Assembly: GCA_951406725.2 (NCBI GenBank)
Contig: OX597831.1
Location: forward strand, 36,208,001-36,272,000
Reading direction: 5' to 3'
Length of the DNA: 64,000 nt
Source of the DNA: Octopus vulgaris
Lineage: Eukaryota
The position numbers and the translations under genes are program-made. Under the pieces are notes generated by a model. The model was not told the DNA's origin and ran no database searches. It saw nothing but the letters and a program-made list of their open reading frames with translations. Shown piece after piece: positions 42,903-54,218 of this stretch (its first letter is position 1; each line of letters opens with the position of its first letter).

Positions 42903-43196
42903 AGCAAGAATTGATACCTTCCTCATTGTGTTCAACCATTGATAAATTTATCGTCTGTGAATATGAAATTCCTCTTCATTTCTCTGGAAATTTACATCTA
43001 CACCATTGGAAATTGTGCACCTATACAAAGGATTAATTCACCCTCTCTGTAATGCTAATAAGCAGGAATTGATACCCACCTCGTTGTGATTAGCCATGGA
43101 TAAATTTGTCGTCTGTGAGTATGTAATCCCTCCTCATATCTCTGGAAATTCATATGTACACTATGGATTAAGTCACCTTCTCTGTGATGGTATTAA
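42903..43196 (+). repeat. Diverged tandem repeat, two units of about 140-158 bp, in the PLE 3' region
   Basis: agca.gaattgatacc...gataaattt.tcgtctgtga.tatg...tctctggaaatt...ggattaa.tcacc.tctctgt at 42903 and 43060. Confidence 0.85.
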
Positions 43197-43342
43197 AACT
43201 TTTTAAAAAATCTGTGATAAGACTGTGCATCATCTTTAAAGAACTTTAATGAACTTTGGAAATCTGTTTATGTTACTTAATTATCTACATTACTTCATGA
43301 GTATAGCCTCAACCACTAAGATGTCTAGAGAACTCACATGTA

Positions 43343-43433
43343 TTTTAGCTGATGAGTACGGGACACGTTTATATGCTGCAATTTTTGCAACTTTTAATAA
43401 AGCCTGTCTTTGTATGAAACGATTGTACTAAAA
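43343..43433 (+). ncRNA. Type I hammerhead ribozyme with extended stem II
   Basis: ttttag-CTGATGA-[60-nt hairpin gtacgggacac...tgtctttgtat]-GAAA-cgattg-TA-ctaaaa. Stem I is 6 bp. Predicted cleavage after GUA at 43427. Confidence 0.85.
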
Positions 43434-43576
43434 ACTTATCCATTCTTGTTGCTTCTTTCTCGCTTATAATCACCCCACATTACTGTATGGTTAAAACCGT
43501 ATAGTTTTTTGGTGCATCTAAGTTAGGTACCATATTCAAGTAAATTCATTAAAATTGACTTGAATCTTTATTGCTT

Positions 43577-43641
<65 letters not shown>

Positions 43642-43842
43642 ACATAGATTGTTATTCCGGATGCTCTTCATTAAAAACAATGAAGCCCAGCCTCAATAAA
43701 TTACTCAATATACGCTAAGATGCACCGGGAGTGTCTGTATATGCGTGTGTATGTGTGTGTGTGTGTGTTTGTGCGTGTTTGTGCGTGAGTTTGTCTATGT
43801 TTGTGTATGTGTGTGTTTATGTTTGTGTGTGTGTGTGTGTGC

Positions 43843-43907
<65 letters not shown>

Positions 43908-43940
43908 GGGGATTTACTATATACACATATATATATATAC

Positions 43941-44024
<84 letters not shown>

Positions 44025-44094
44025 ACATATATTACTTGAATACTAATACTGCGCCTGATATCAACAGTTTTGTTCTAATCAAGTCTACTTCAGA

Positions 44095-44495
44095 TTCTTA
44101 GAGAGCATATTCAAATATGTAAGAAAGAAAAAAAAAGGGGGAAAAAATTACCAAAAAAAAAAAAAGAAAAAAATTAATAAAACCATCAATAAAAAAAAGA
44201 AAACATCAGTCGAAGAAACATCAATCGGAAGAGAAAAAAACATTGAATAAAGCAATGAAAGTTATAATATTTATGATCATTATAACTGTTATGGCTTTCT
44301 TCGATGTTTTTCCTCTTCTCCAACGACTGATGTTTTTTTCCGTCTGTATTTTTTTTATTAATGTCATTTCAATCTTTGATTGTTTGTTCGACAGTTTTTT
44401 ATTCATTTATTTTTTTATTCTTTTATTTTTTTTTTTATTCTTAAAAAAATTTTTTTTTTTATTTATTATCCATTTGAATGTGTTATATAAGGAGC
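44095..44495 (+). repeat. Long imperfect inverted repeat, putative RNA hairpin
   Basis: gcatattcaaat / atttgaatgtgt, A-rich / T-rich arms, aaaacatcagtcg / cgactgatgtttt, gttataat / attataac. Confidence 0.75.
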
Positions 44496-44602
44496 TCGAT
44501 AACGGAGGTTGCAACTCATAACGTTCCGGATGGAAATCTGGTCATGTCGAAACGAGTGATCCCAACCGTACAACGATTACTTAAATATAAATAAATGCTT
44601 AG

Positions 44603-44633
<31 letters not shown>

Positions 44634-44661
44634 CATATATATATATATATATATATATTGT

Positions 44662-44702
<41 letters not shown>

Positions 44703-44706
44703 ATAC

Positions 44707-44754
<48 letters not shown>

Positions 44755-44774
44755 ACATATATATACATACAAAC

Positions 44775-44870
<96 letters not shown>

Positions 44871-44899
44871 ATGTGTATATGCTTGCATAATATTTATTT

Positions 44900-45052
44900 T
44901 GGCGTGGCTGTGTGGTAAAAAACTTGCTTTCCGACCACATCGCTCCGGGTTCAGTCCCACTGCGGGGCACCTTGGACGAGTGTCTTCTATAGTCTCGAGT
45001 CAACCAATGCCTTGTGAGTGCATTTGGTAGACGGAACTCGAAGGGGCTCATC

Positions 45053-45100
<48 letters not shown>

Positions 45101-45343
45101 TTGTGTGTGTGTATGTATATATGAATATATCTACGTGTGTGTCATTTTGCCTGTGTTTTCCGCACTATTATCACCGCTTGACAATCGGTGTTGGTATGTT
45201 TACGCCCCTAGCAAAAAGACGGATAAAATAAGTACGAGTCTTAAAAATAATAACCACTAAGTACCGAAATCCATTTATTCTACTAAAAAGTTTTCAGGTT
45301 GTGATCCTGCATGGCCGCAGTCTAATGACTGAAAAAAGTAAAA

Positions 45344-45345
<2 letters not shown>
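44900..45345 (+). mobile_element. SINE family B
   Basis: Head and tail match family B. Confidence 0.85.
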
Positions 45346-45387
<42 letters not shown>

Positions 45388-46040
45388 AAGGCAGAAAGAG
45401 AGAAAGGCATACGTGTCTGCCAGTATTACCCTTGTTCATTTAAGCCAGATATTTGAATCTCCGGGGGTGCTAAACATCTTAGCTAGCATTCGGTACTATA
45501 ACTTAATATCTACGTCAGTCAAATAATTCTGAGGGACAGAGCTAAGCTATCCGACAGAAACTAAACACGATATTTACCACGCTGCTACTTCGTTGTTATC
45601 CGTCTCTGTGACTATTCACTACTTCTCTTGCCGTTTGCACTAAATGCAGTTACTCGTTTGTTCATTCAGTATTTCACAGTTGTTGCAATTCGTCAATTTG
45701 CGACCAAAAAGAAATAATTTGGGAAGACTCTATTTATTACAGGGAAGTAGCAACTGTGTAAGAAAGGTAGCTCTAGTTATCACTCTCCTTCTGTCTGCCT
45801 GCCTCTCTGTCCCTCTGTCACTGGTCATCTTGATCATCGCAATAAATTTTACTCTATTTTTAGTAAAGAGTTACACCACCAGTAAATGGTCAGTTGTTAT
45901 TCTTAAAACTGTTTTGAAATATCAATATTTTGACATTTATATACGACGCACACGGACACACAAACGTACATGTATGCGTATAGATATACAAATACGTGAG
46001 TGCATGTGTGTGTGTAGATACATACATACATACATACATG

Positions 46041-46089
<49 letters not shown>

Positions 46090-46093
<4 letters not shown>

Positions 46094-46558
46094 GATGGCC
46101 GTCCACTTGTGACCGAGGAAGACCATTGCCGACCTTCAGGAACATTGTGCGCTCTAGGACTAACTTATATTTTACATTTGCGGCTCCGTTGGTGGCTAAT
46201 GAGCCCTGCTCTTGACAAGCATACACGACTGCAAACATTGCAGACCAAGCTTTCTCCATTCACTATACGAGCCGTGCGCTTTCGCGCAGCTCGCTTAAGT
46301 TCTTCATGCTGGATACGTGCTCTCTCAAAAGTGTCGATCCCCTCCTTAACCTGCTTCTTCCATCTGTGGCGATGACAGGCATTGTCCTCCCAGTCAGTGT
46401 CCTGCATATCACCGGCCTTTAATGAGGACTTGACACAGTCCTTAAATTGCAGCCTTGGTTTCTGCAGGAGTCTCCTTCCATTCACAAGTTCTTCATGGAG
46501 CATCTGCTTAGGAATCCTGCTATCCTTCATTCTAATAAGGTGTCCAGTCCAACGTAAC
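46090..46558 (-). mobile_element. RTE-clade LINE 3' fragment with a C-terminal zinc-finger-like motif
   Basis: LRWTGHLIRMKDSRIPKQML..EL..GRR...PRL.FKD..K..LK...W...CNVCSRVC.SRAGLISH.R, then a short 3' UTR. Confidence 0.9.
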
Positions 46559-46662
46559 ATTCTCAATGTTGGCTGGACCTAAAAAATTCCAGAAACGCAG
46601 ATCCTGAGGTCAACTGATATCTTGAGTATTGAGGCGATGGTGCACAAGCACCGGTTACGTTG
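46559..46662 (+). mobile_element. Inverted 5' segment of the same RTE insertion
   Basis: The plus strand reads ILNVGWT*KIPETQILRSTDILSIEAMVHKHRLR, the stretch expected just upstream of LRWTGH. Confidence 0.85.
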
Positions 46663-46663
46663 A

Positions 46664-46719
<56 letters not shown>

Positions 46720-46904
46720 AATAAGCAACAAGGATATACAGAGGTAGATTATAAAGACCCTATTTTGAATTATATGGATAATACCATACTAAATTCTGGT
46801 GCCTTTAACTTTAGTACGATATTCATCTGAATCTATATTTTACTAAACTTATATATATATATATATATGTATATGTAGTCAATTCAAATAAATGAAAATA
46901 TAAT

Positions 46905-47072
46905 TAACAACAACAAACAACAAGAGGATGTGCACAAGGAATGTAATAGCTTGACGCTCAGTAAAAGGGAGGAGATTTTGATGCTTCGAGCATAGCCTTT
47001 CGTCGGAAAGGAGAAAGAGAAAAATCCAGTGAAAGAAAAAAAATATGGCCAGCAACACGTGTGTAGTTACAT
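46905..47072 (-). mobile_element. PLE-terminus-like repeat with a decayed hammerhead (46977-47009)
   Basis: Minus strand aatgtaac...gctggc...ttt-CCGACGA-a-aggc(tat)gctc-GAAG-ca-TC-aaa...ctgagcgtc, colinear with 21560-21760. Confidence 0.55.
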
Positions 47073-47117
47073 TACTGAAGCGTTATACATACATACATAC
47101 ATACATACATACATACA

Positions 47118-47190
<73 letters not shown>

Positions 47191-47604
47191 CAGGCAGAAA
47201 TATATATGAGACGAAAATACATAGGAAGTACTGAATAATTCAGTGCGCATGTTGAAGTAGTTTATCGAACTACAAAGCCTGTACATTTCGTATTTATTTT
47301 CTATTCATTTTCTTCCTCGCCACGAATAATGAAGTGTTCACATCTATTATGGATGAGACTTACATAAAGGTGGCTGCCATTTTTCCCTATTCCTTTCTTA
47401 TGTCAAGAGAACAATACTAACTTTATTGTTTCCATGAAGCAGAGATTTAAGTAGCTTTTTTTAAAGCAGAGGAACGTCATCTATTTCACACAATAAATAC
47501 TTTTTGATATACAGAGAAGCCAACGAGAGAGCTTCTTGGTAGCTGTTCGTCACGTTAGACATTGCAAGCAAACCTTAAAATCACACCCCGCCTATTTATA
47601 ATAT

Positions 47605-47770
47605 AGGCGCAGGCGTGGCTGTGTGGCTAGAAGCTATCTCCCCAACGACATGGTTCCGGTTCAGTCCAACTGCGTGGCACCTTGGGCAAGTATATTCTAC
47701 TATAGTCTCGGACCGACTAAAACCTGGTGCGTGGATTTGGTAAACGGAAACTGAAAGAAGGCCGCCGTAT
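47605..47770 (+). mobile_element. SINE family B, 5' half
   Basis: ggcgcaggcgtggctgtgtgg...gcgtggcaccttgggcaag...ggaaactgaaagaag. Confidence 0.85.
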
Positions 47771-47837
47771 ACACATACATATATACATACATACATACAT
47801 ACATACATACATACATACACACACACACATATATAAG

Positions 47838-47868
<31 letters not shown>

Positions 47869-47881
47869 TATATATAAGTAT

Positions 47882-47941
<60 letters not shown>

Positions 47942-48050
47942 ATATATATTTATATGTATATACGCCAAAAGGATTCGATGGTGGATGTGTCGAAACAATT
48001 GTTGTGATTAATAATATATTTTCGTATACTCCATCTTCCGTTTTTATTTG

Positions 48051-48293
48051 TAAGCCAACTTCCCGTTTTTCTGCTAGAGGACAGCGGTACCATTTCTCTA
48101 AAGAAATAAGTTCTTTGGATCTGATTGGAGCCCTTTGTTTATAGCGATTTTGTTTTCACTAGTTTCTGCAAATTTCTCCATGGCTATAATGGAATGAAGT
48201 ATGACAACAGGGGAATCGGAGTGCTTCATATTTGAAATTAAATAGTCTAAATCAGGTGGTGCTATTAAGTTAGACATGGCTTGGACCAATCAT
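48051..48293 (-). pseudogene. RSPRY1: Frameshifted fragment of RING finger and SPRY domain-containing protein 1
   Basis: With two frameshifts: IGP/AMSNLIAPPDLDYLISNMKHSDSPVVILHSIIAMEKFAETSENKIAI.../LEKWYRCPLAEKREVG. This parallels the RSPRY1 segment as I recall it (LAGP...LEYL...ALIALEKFAQTSENKLTI...LESW...KRQVGF). Confidence 0.8.
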
Positions 48294-48329
48294 TGGTCGA
48301 AACATATCTAAGTTTATGTATATATATAT

Positions 48330-48648
48330 ATATAATAAAATATTAGGGAATAAATCCAAACTTACAGGGAAAAATCAGATTTAGGATTGAATCCAATTTT
48401 ATAGTAAAATATTATATTATATTAAATTAGAGATAAAACCACTATTAGGCAAATCATACAATGAAAAACTTAAGCCAATACATAAGATTAATTATTTATA
48501 TTATTTTAAATATATATCAAAATTATTAAAAAAAGATAATTAGTATAACACTACGATCGTTTCATGGCTGTCCAATTCTTAAAATTTCGAGTTACAGTCA
48601 TTCTTCAGGTGATTTAAATATTTAACTTTGCGAGGTTTAATCAAATTG
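48330..48648 (-). mobile_element. AT-rich PLE-type terminus carrying a hammerhead
   Basis: Lies between (TA)n and (TATG)n and contains the HHR at 48549-48611. Confidence 0.7.
48549..48611 (-). ncRNA. Type I minimal hammerhead ribozyme
   Basis: Minus strand: cac-CTGAAGA-atgactgt(22 nt)acagccat-GAAA-cgatcg-TA-gtg. Palindromic stem III, GUA cleavage triplet. Confidence 0.85.
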
Positions 48649-49344
48649 TATGTATGTATGTATGTATGTATGTATGTATGTATGTATGTATGTATGTATG
48701 TATGTATGTATGCATGCATGTATGTATGTATGTATATGTTTCTCAAATCCTACCTTAACGTTTTCTAATAAGAACAGGAAACCTTTGATTGCGAGTCTGC
48801 TCGAACAGGCTTGGTCTAGACTAGAGTCTTCACGGCAGCAGCATTAACGACGAGACATACAACAGCGAAACAAGTCAAAATCTAATTGCTTCTGATTTTC
48901 GCTAACAAAATCATTTTCAATTGATACTGTTGAAAATAAACAGAATTCAATCCATACTCATGCGAAGTTCTATAACGAATTTAATCTTTTTTTTTATTTC
49001 ACTTCATTAAATTAATCCCAACATAACGAAGCTATGCGCATGCGTATCGAGTTCTGTTCTACTGAGATTTGTATTTCGTATGGTAAACTGACACTAATGA
49101 AGGAATAATTTTGAAATGTATATCCTGTGGTTATTATAATTTATAGTAGTAGAAATAAACTGTCACTATATTGATTTCATATGCAATTAATAATATAAAA
49201 CAAAAACAAAACCATGCAAGATTAAGCTAAATATTTAGTTCTGTTTATTCTTTTTATAAACTAAACTCTCTATGTATATATAATCATCCACCCATCCATC
49301 CATCCATCCATCCATCCATCCATCCATCCATCCATCCATCCAAA

Positions 49345-49385
<41 letters not shown>

Positions 49386-49486
49386 ATCCAAGTATCTATT
49401 CTAATTTCTTTCTATATCTGATCGTCTTCCAACAACCATTTCTATTCATCGAATTCATCGATTATCTTACAATCTTACAACCCCTA

Positions 49487-49576
<90 letters not shown>

Positions 49577-49974
49577 CCCGGTCGAATTCGGATCTTCTTT
49601 TACATTTTGAGTTCAAATCCAACCCATGTGACTGCGGCTCGCAGCCTTCAAGGGTCAATAAATTAATTAGAAGTCAAAAGACTACGACCGATATAACTCC
49701 CTGTCTACTCGTATATTTGAGCACTGTTCCAAGCAGGGTCGCAGTCCAATGACTGCAACCAGTATTGTGTCACATAATCATATTTACTAATCTGCACTCC
49801 ATCACCATCATTTAAACAATACACTGCCACGCAATCAACATCCATGGTTATGAATTTTGATTGAAGAGATGGGATGCTCAAAATAAAATGTTGCAGGGGG
49901 CCTCTAAAAGTCATGCGACGGCCTTTCTCCCATATTATATATTTTCTGACCTTATTTTCTACATATACCTAACA

Positions 49975-50173
49975 TTCCGTTGTAAGGTTATATGTGTGGT
50001 AGCAGAATTCGGTTCCTTGCCATACAACCATAAAGAGTGTCAGAAGCGGTTGTCGGAGAATTTCTACGACTTCACCAACACCAGTTACTGACTTCCTAAT
50101 CTTCCAACGTATTGTAATCCCATGGATGACTATTTGTGTAGCATGGTTGAGAAAGACATCAACCACTCTTCTT
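49975..50173 (+). mobile_element. Tc1/mariner-superfamily transposase relic, part 1
   Basis: QQNSVPCHT.../QKRLSENFYDF...LPN...CNPMDDYLCSMVEK corresponds to QQDxAPxH...WPPNSPDxNPMDY. Confidence 0.75.
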
Positions 50174-50617
50174 TATTCCACCAGATTTGCCGTAAAGGCA
50201 TTACAAAGATAGAAGCAAGTGCGGGCTGGACAATAAGACAAATGAGATGAAATGATGAACGAAATAATGATATTAATAAGAGAAGCATAACGACGCCCGC
50301 CGATCGAAGCCCCTCGAGAACACTGTTCCTTTTTACTTTTCTCCCTTTTTTAGAAAAAAAAAACACAAATGAGGTAATGAAACTCTTACATTAACATAAA
50401 TTGAGGCGCTAAGCCTCTTATCAATCATCCCCGATCAAATCTCTTGCCGCCTGCAGGCAATCCCGCAGCAGCAAGTCGGGGACCCAGAAGAGGTAATTAT
50501 ACTCCTCCTTAGAATTATCTTATAAAAATCACTATCTTCCATTACTCCCGCAGCCATCTGCGGAGGCCAATATGGACTATCAATGCAGGTCGGGACAGTC
50601 AGTTCCTGACCTTCAAA

Positions 50618-51445
50618 ACTATTTATTTCTTTATTGCCCACAAGGGGCTAAAGATAGAGGGAACAAACAAGGACAAAGGGATTAAGTCGATTACATCGAC
50701 CCCAGTCCGTAACTGGTACTTAATTTATCGACCTCGAAAGGATGAAAGGCAGGGTCGACCTCATCTGAATTTGAACTCAGAACGTAACGGCAGACGGAAT
50801 ACCTATTTCTTTACTACCCACACAGGGCTAAACACAGAGGGGACAAACAAGGACAGACAAACGGATTAAGTCGATTACAGAGCGTAACTGGTACTTAATG
50901 TATCGACCCCGAAAGGATGAAATGCAAAGTCGACCTCGGCGGAATTTGAACTCAAAACGTAACGGTAGACGAAATACCGCTAAGCATCTCGCCCGGCGTG
51001 CTAACGATCCTGCCAGCTCACCGCATTCTTATTTCTTTACTGCCCACAAAGGGGCTACATACAGAGGGGACAAACAAGGACAAAAAAATGGATTAAGTTG
51101 ATTATATCGACCCCAGTGCGTAACTGGTACTTATTTAATCGACCCCGAAAGGATGAAAGGCAGAGTCGACCTCGGTGGAATTTGAATTGAAAACGTAACG
51201 GTAGACGAAATACCCATTTCTTTACTACCCACAAAGGGCTAAACACAGAGGTTACAAACAGGGACAGACAAACGGATTAAATCGATTTTATCGTCCCTAG
51301 TGCGTAATTGGTACTTATTTAATCGAACCTGAAAGGATGAAAGGCAGAGTCGACCTCGGTGGAATTTGAACTCAGAACGTACCGGTAGACGAAATACCGC
51401 TAAGCATTTCGTCCGACGTGCTAACGTTTCCGCCAGCTCGCCGCC
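50618..51445 (-). mobile_element. Head-to-tail array of four SINE family A units
   Basis: Repeated tatttcttta.t.cccaca...gacaaacaagga...gtcgacctc...gaactcagaacgta units starting near 50620, 50800, 51028 and 51213. Confidence 0.9.
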
Positions 51446-51455
51446 TTTTTCTTGC

Positions 51456-51741
51456 CAACTACTCTTCTTGCAACATCATGGTCGAGCTAGGGGCCAAGGT
51501 CAAGGAAATATTTGAAGAACTTCCCCGGGACACGGTGAGAGACGCATGCGCTAGGTATCGGAATCGTCTTGAGGCCGCGCTGGAAAGTGAGCGCAACTAC
51601 TTTGAGTAAACCGCAGTCTTCCATCGATATAATCTTGTCGATATCTTTTGATCTTTAAAAAAATACTTCAGTTTTAGTATTGGATATTGTATTTCCTTTT
51701 CCTTTTACGCAAACTGTCAAATTTAGCCCGAACACCCCATA
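51456..51741 (+). mobile_element. Tc1/mariner-superfamily relic, part 2 (C-terminus and right end)
   Basis: SSCN..EL.AKVKE.FEELPRDTVRDACARYRNRLEA.LE....YFE*, followed by a TIR-like ...atttagcccgaacaccccata. Confidence 0.75.
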
Positions 51742-52412
51742 CACCGTCACTTGAAAAGCTAATATAACTAATACCCTGACATCTAAGAAATAACACATAT
51801 CTAATACTCAGTCACTAAACAACCATCATAATATATCTAACACTCTGTGAGCTACGAACACTATTATATATTTAATATTCTAATATACAACAAATATCCT
51901 CTTTCTCATTCTCGAGTTTCATAATCATTCTTCTTGCTCTTACATAATTTACACTTTCTACACAACGTTTGCTAATTGGATTTTCTTTCTTCTACAAATC
52001 TGACTGTCCAAATGTGTATGCATCAATGTATGTATGCGTATGTATGACAGTGTGAGTTTAAGCATGTGTGTGTGTATGTGTGTGTGTCTGTTTGTGTGTA
52101 TATGTGTGTGTGTGTGTGTGATTTCTTTATAGTTAATGCTTCAACAGTTTTCTAATACTCTACTTATTCAAGTGTTCTTTATATATTGCCAATAGTTTTA
52201 TTCTCTTTCACCAATATACACACACACGCAGGCATGTGTGTGTGTGTGTGTGCGTGTGTGTGTGTGTGCGTGTGTGTGTGTGTGCGTGTGTGTGTGTGTG
52301 TTCTTATTTAGTGTCTTCCTCATATAGCATCTCACTTTCCATATTCGACTGTCGTCCATTTTTTACTGTTTCTATTTCTTTCTAGCTTCTCTACCTCTAT
52401 CTCTCTCTAGTA

Positions 52413-52504
<92 letters not shown>

Positions 52505-52527
52505 TATATATAGTGAGAGAAAGAGAC

Positions 52528-52583
<56 letters not shown>

Positions 52584-52618
52584 GGCTCTTGGTCACTTCC
52601 TGAAATAATATATTTCTG

Positions 52619-52653
<35 letters not shown>

Positions 52654-53337
52654 TTCACTCTTGATCTGCCAATCAATCTTTAAAATTCTCTCTTGTTTAT
52701 CGTGTCTGCTTGCCTGCTCTGTTCCCCCCCCTCTCTCTGTCTGTCTCTTTGTATCTCTTTCTCTCTGCGCCTGAATTTTTTCGTACTACCCCATCGTCCC
52801 TCTCACAACCATCGCTATTCGCTAGAGCATCAACAACAACAACAACAACGACAATTGTTTGTAGTTGTTATCAATATTGAAGCAAGGAATCAGTTCCAGC
52901 CGGCTGAGATAAGCAATAGAAATAGCATAGTGGACTTCCCAGGAAACAAAGGAAACACAAGCTCCAAACATAATGTGTTTATCTATCTATCTATCTATCG
53001 ATCAGTCGAACTGGGGGAGCATACAAGACACATACACACACCTACGCACACACACACACACGCATGCATGCACACATATTTATGTATGCCATGGGTTGAA
53101 ACAATGAATCGTAGTCATATGCAAACAAATATAACAAACAATTAAGAGATGATAATACGAAATAAATTAAAATGGAAAGCATAAGTTGATGTACTGCAGT
53201 TCGGTAAACACATTCACAGAATGAGAGATCGACGAACAGACAGACGTAAACGATAAAAGAAAGAAGGCAAGAAAAAGAAATGAAGACAGGAGGATAAAAT
53301 AAATGTAAGCAAATAATAAAAAAGACATAGAAAAACA

Positions 53338-53580
53338 TACAGGATGTTCAAAAAGTCTCTCGGCAGAAAAGTATTTAATGGTTTTCGCGCGATTCTTGTA
53401 TATTGATCCCTTACTTGCTACCCAAAAATAAAAAGCCTGGCGGCGTTAAATCAGGTGATCTTGGTGGCCAAAGTCCCTTCGAAATAATCCGTTCACCGAA
53501 AAAAACTCTTCAAGTAGCGCCATGTTGTTGTACAAGATGAAGAAAAATTCACTGCGGAGAGACTTTTTGAACACCCTGTT
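53338..53580. mobile_element. Tc1/mariner-derived MITE
   Basis: TIRs acaggatgttcaaaaagtctctc / gagagactttttgaacaccctgt. Internal minus-strand relic WPPRSPDLTPP. Confidence 0.85.
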
Positions 53581-53644
53581 TATAAAAACGGTTGGTGAAG
53601 AAGAAAATAAAAGCGGGGAGGGGTGCTAGAAAAGAATAATGAAA

Positions 53645-53675
<31 letters not shown>

Positions 53676-53678
<3 letters not shown>

Positions 53679-53792
53679 TGTGATCACGTGACCGACCATA
53701 CCATCAGATGTTGTTACACATCGCTGGTCACAATGCGTTCGCATTGTTTTAGCCTTCGAAGACTCCACCCCGCTGGCTAAGCGAGCAGGCCA

Positions 53793-53795
<3 letters not shown>
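53676..53795 (-). mobile_element. Probable retroelement 3'-end fragment within (TA)n
   Basis: Short GC-richer segment ending ...ggtcggtcacgtgatcacatga on the minus strand, inside a microsatellite. Family not determined. Confidence 0.4.
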
Positions 53796-53830
<35 letters not shown>

Positions 53831-53968
53831 ATGTAACCTTCTAAGTATGACAATCCTGATGAAGACGTGAGATATAAACAATAGAATTGAAATGTAGACA
53901 CTAAATTCTTCCCACTTGCATTTATTTACTAATTAGTTTTCGCTTTCTTTATTTCTTTATACTTATTT

Positions 53969-54218
53969 TTCATTTCATTATTTTTTTCTAGCATCCCTCC
54001 CCGCTTTTATTTTTTTCTTCACCTACCGTTTTTATAAACAGGGTGTTCAAAAAGTCTCTCCGCAGTGAATTTTTCTTCATCTTGTGCAACAACATAGCGC
54101 TACTTGAAGAGTTTTTCGGTGAACGGATTATTTCGAAGGGACTTTGGCCACCAATATCACCTGATATAACGCCGCCAGACTTTTTATTCTGGGGAGCAAG
54201 TAAGGGATCAATATACAA

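Larger units (their letters stand above)
40881..43580 (+). mobile_element. 5'-truncated Penelope-like element: inverted partial terminal repeat, GIY-YIG ORF, long 3' region, HHR-bearing terminus
   Basis: 40881-40970 is the reverse complement of 43374-43463 (2 mismatches in 90 bp by eye). GIY-YIG ORF inside. (TA)n on both sides. Confidence 0.9.

Noticed and set aside
45644-46375. 243-aa plus-strand ORF
   Set aside because: Composite of unique DNA, microsatellite and the antisense strand of the RTE fragment, with no recognisable domain.
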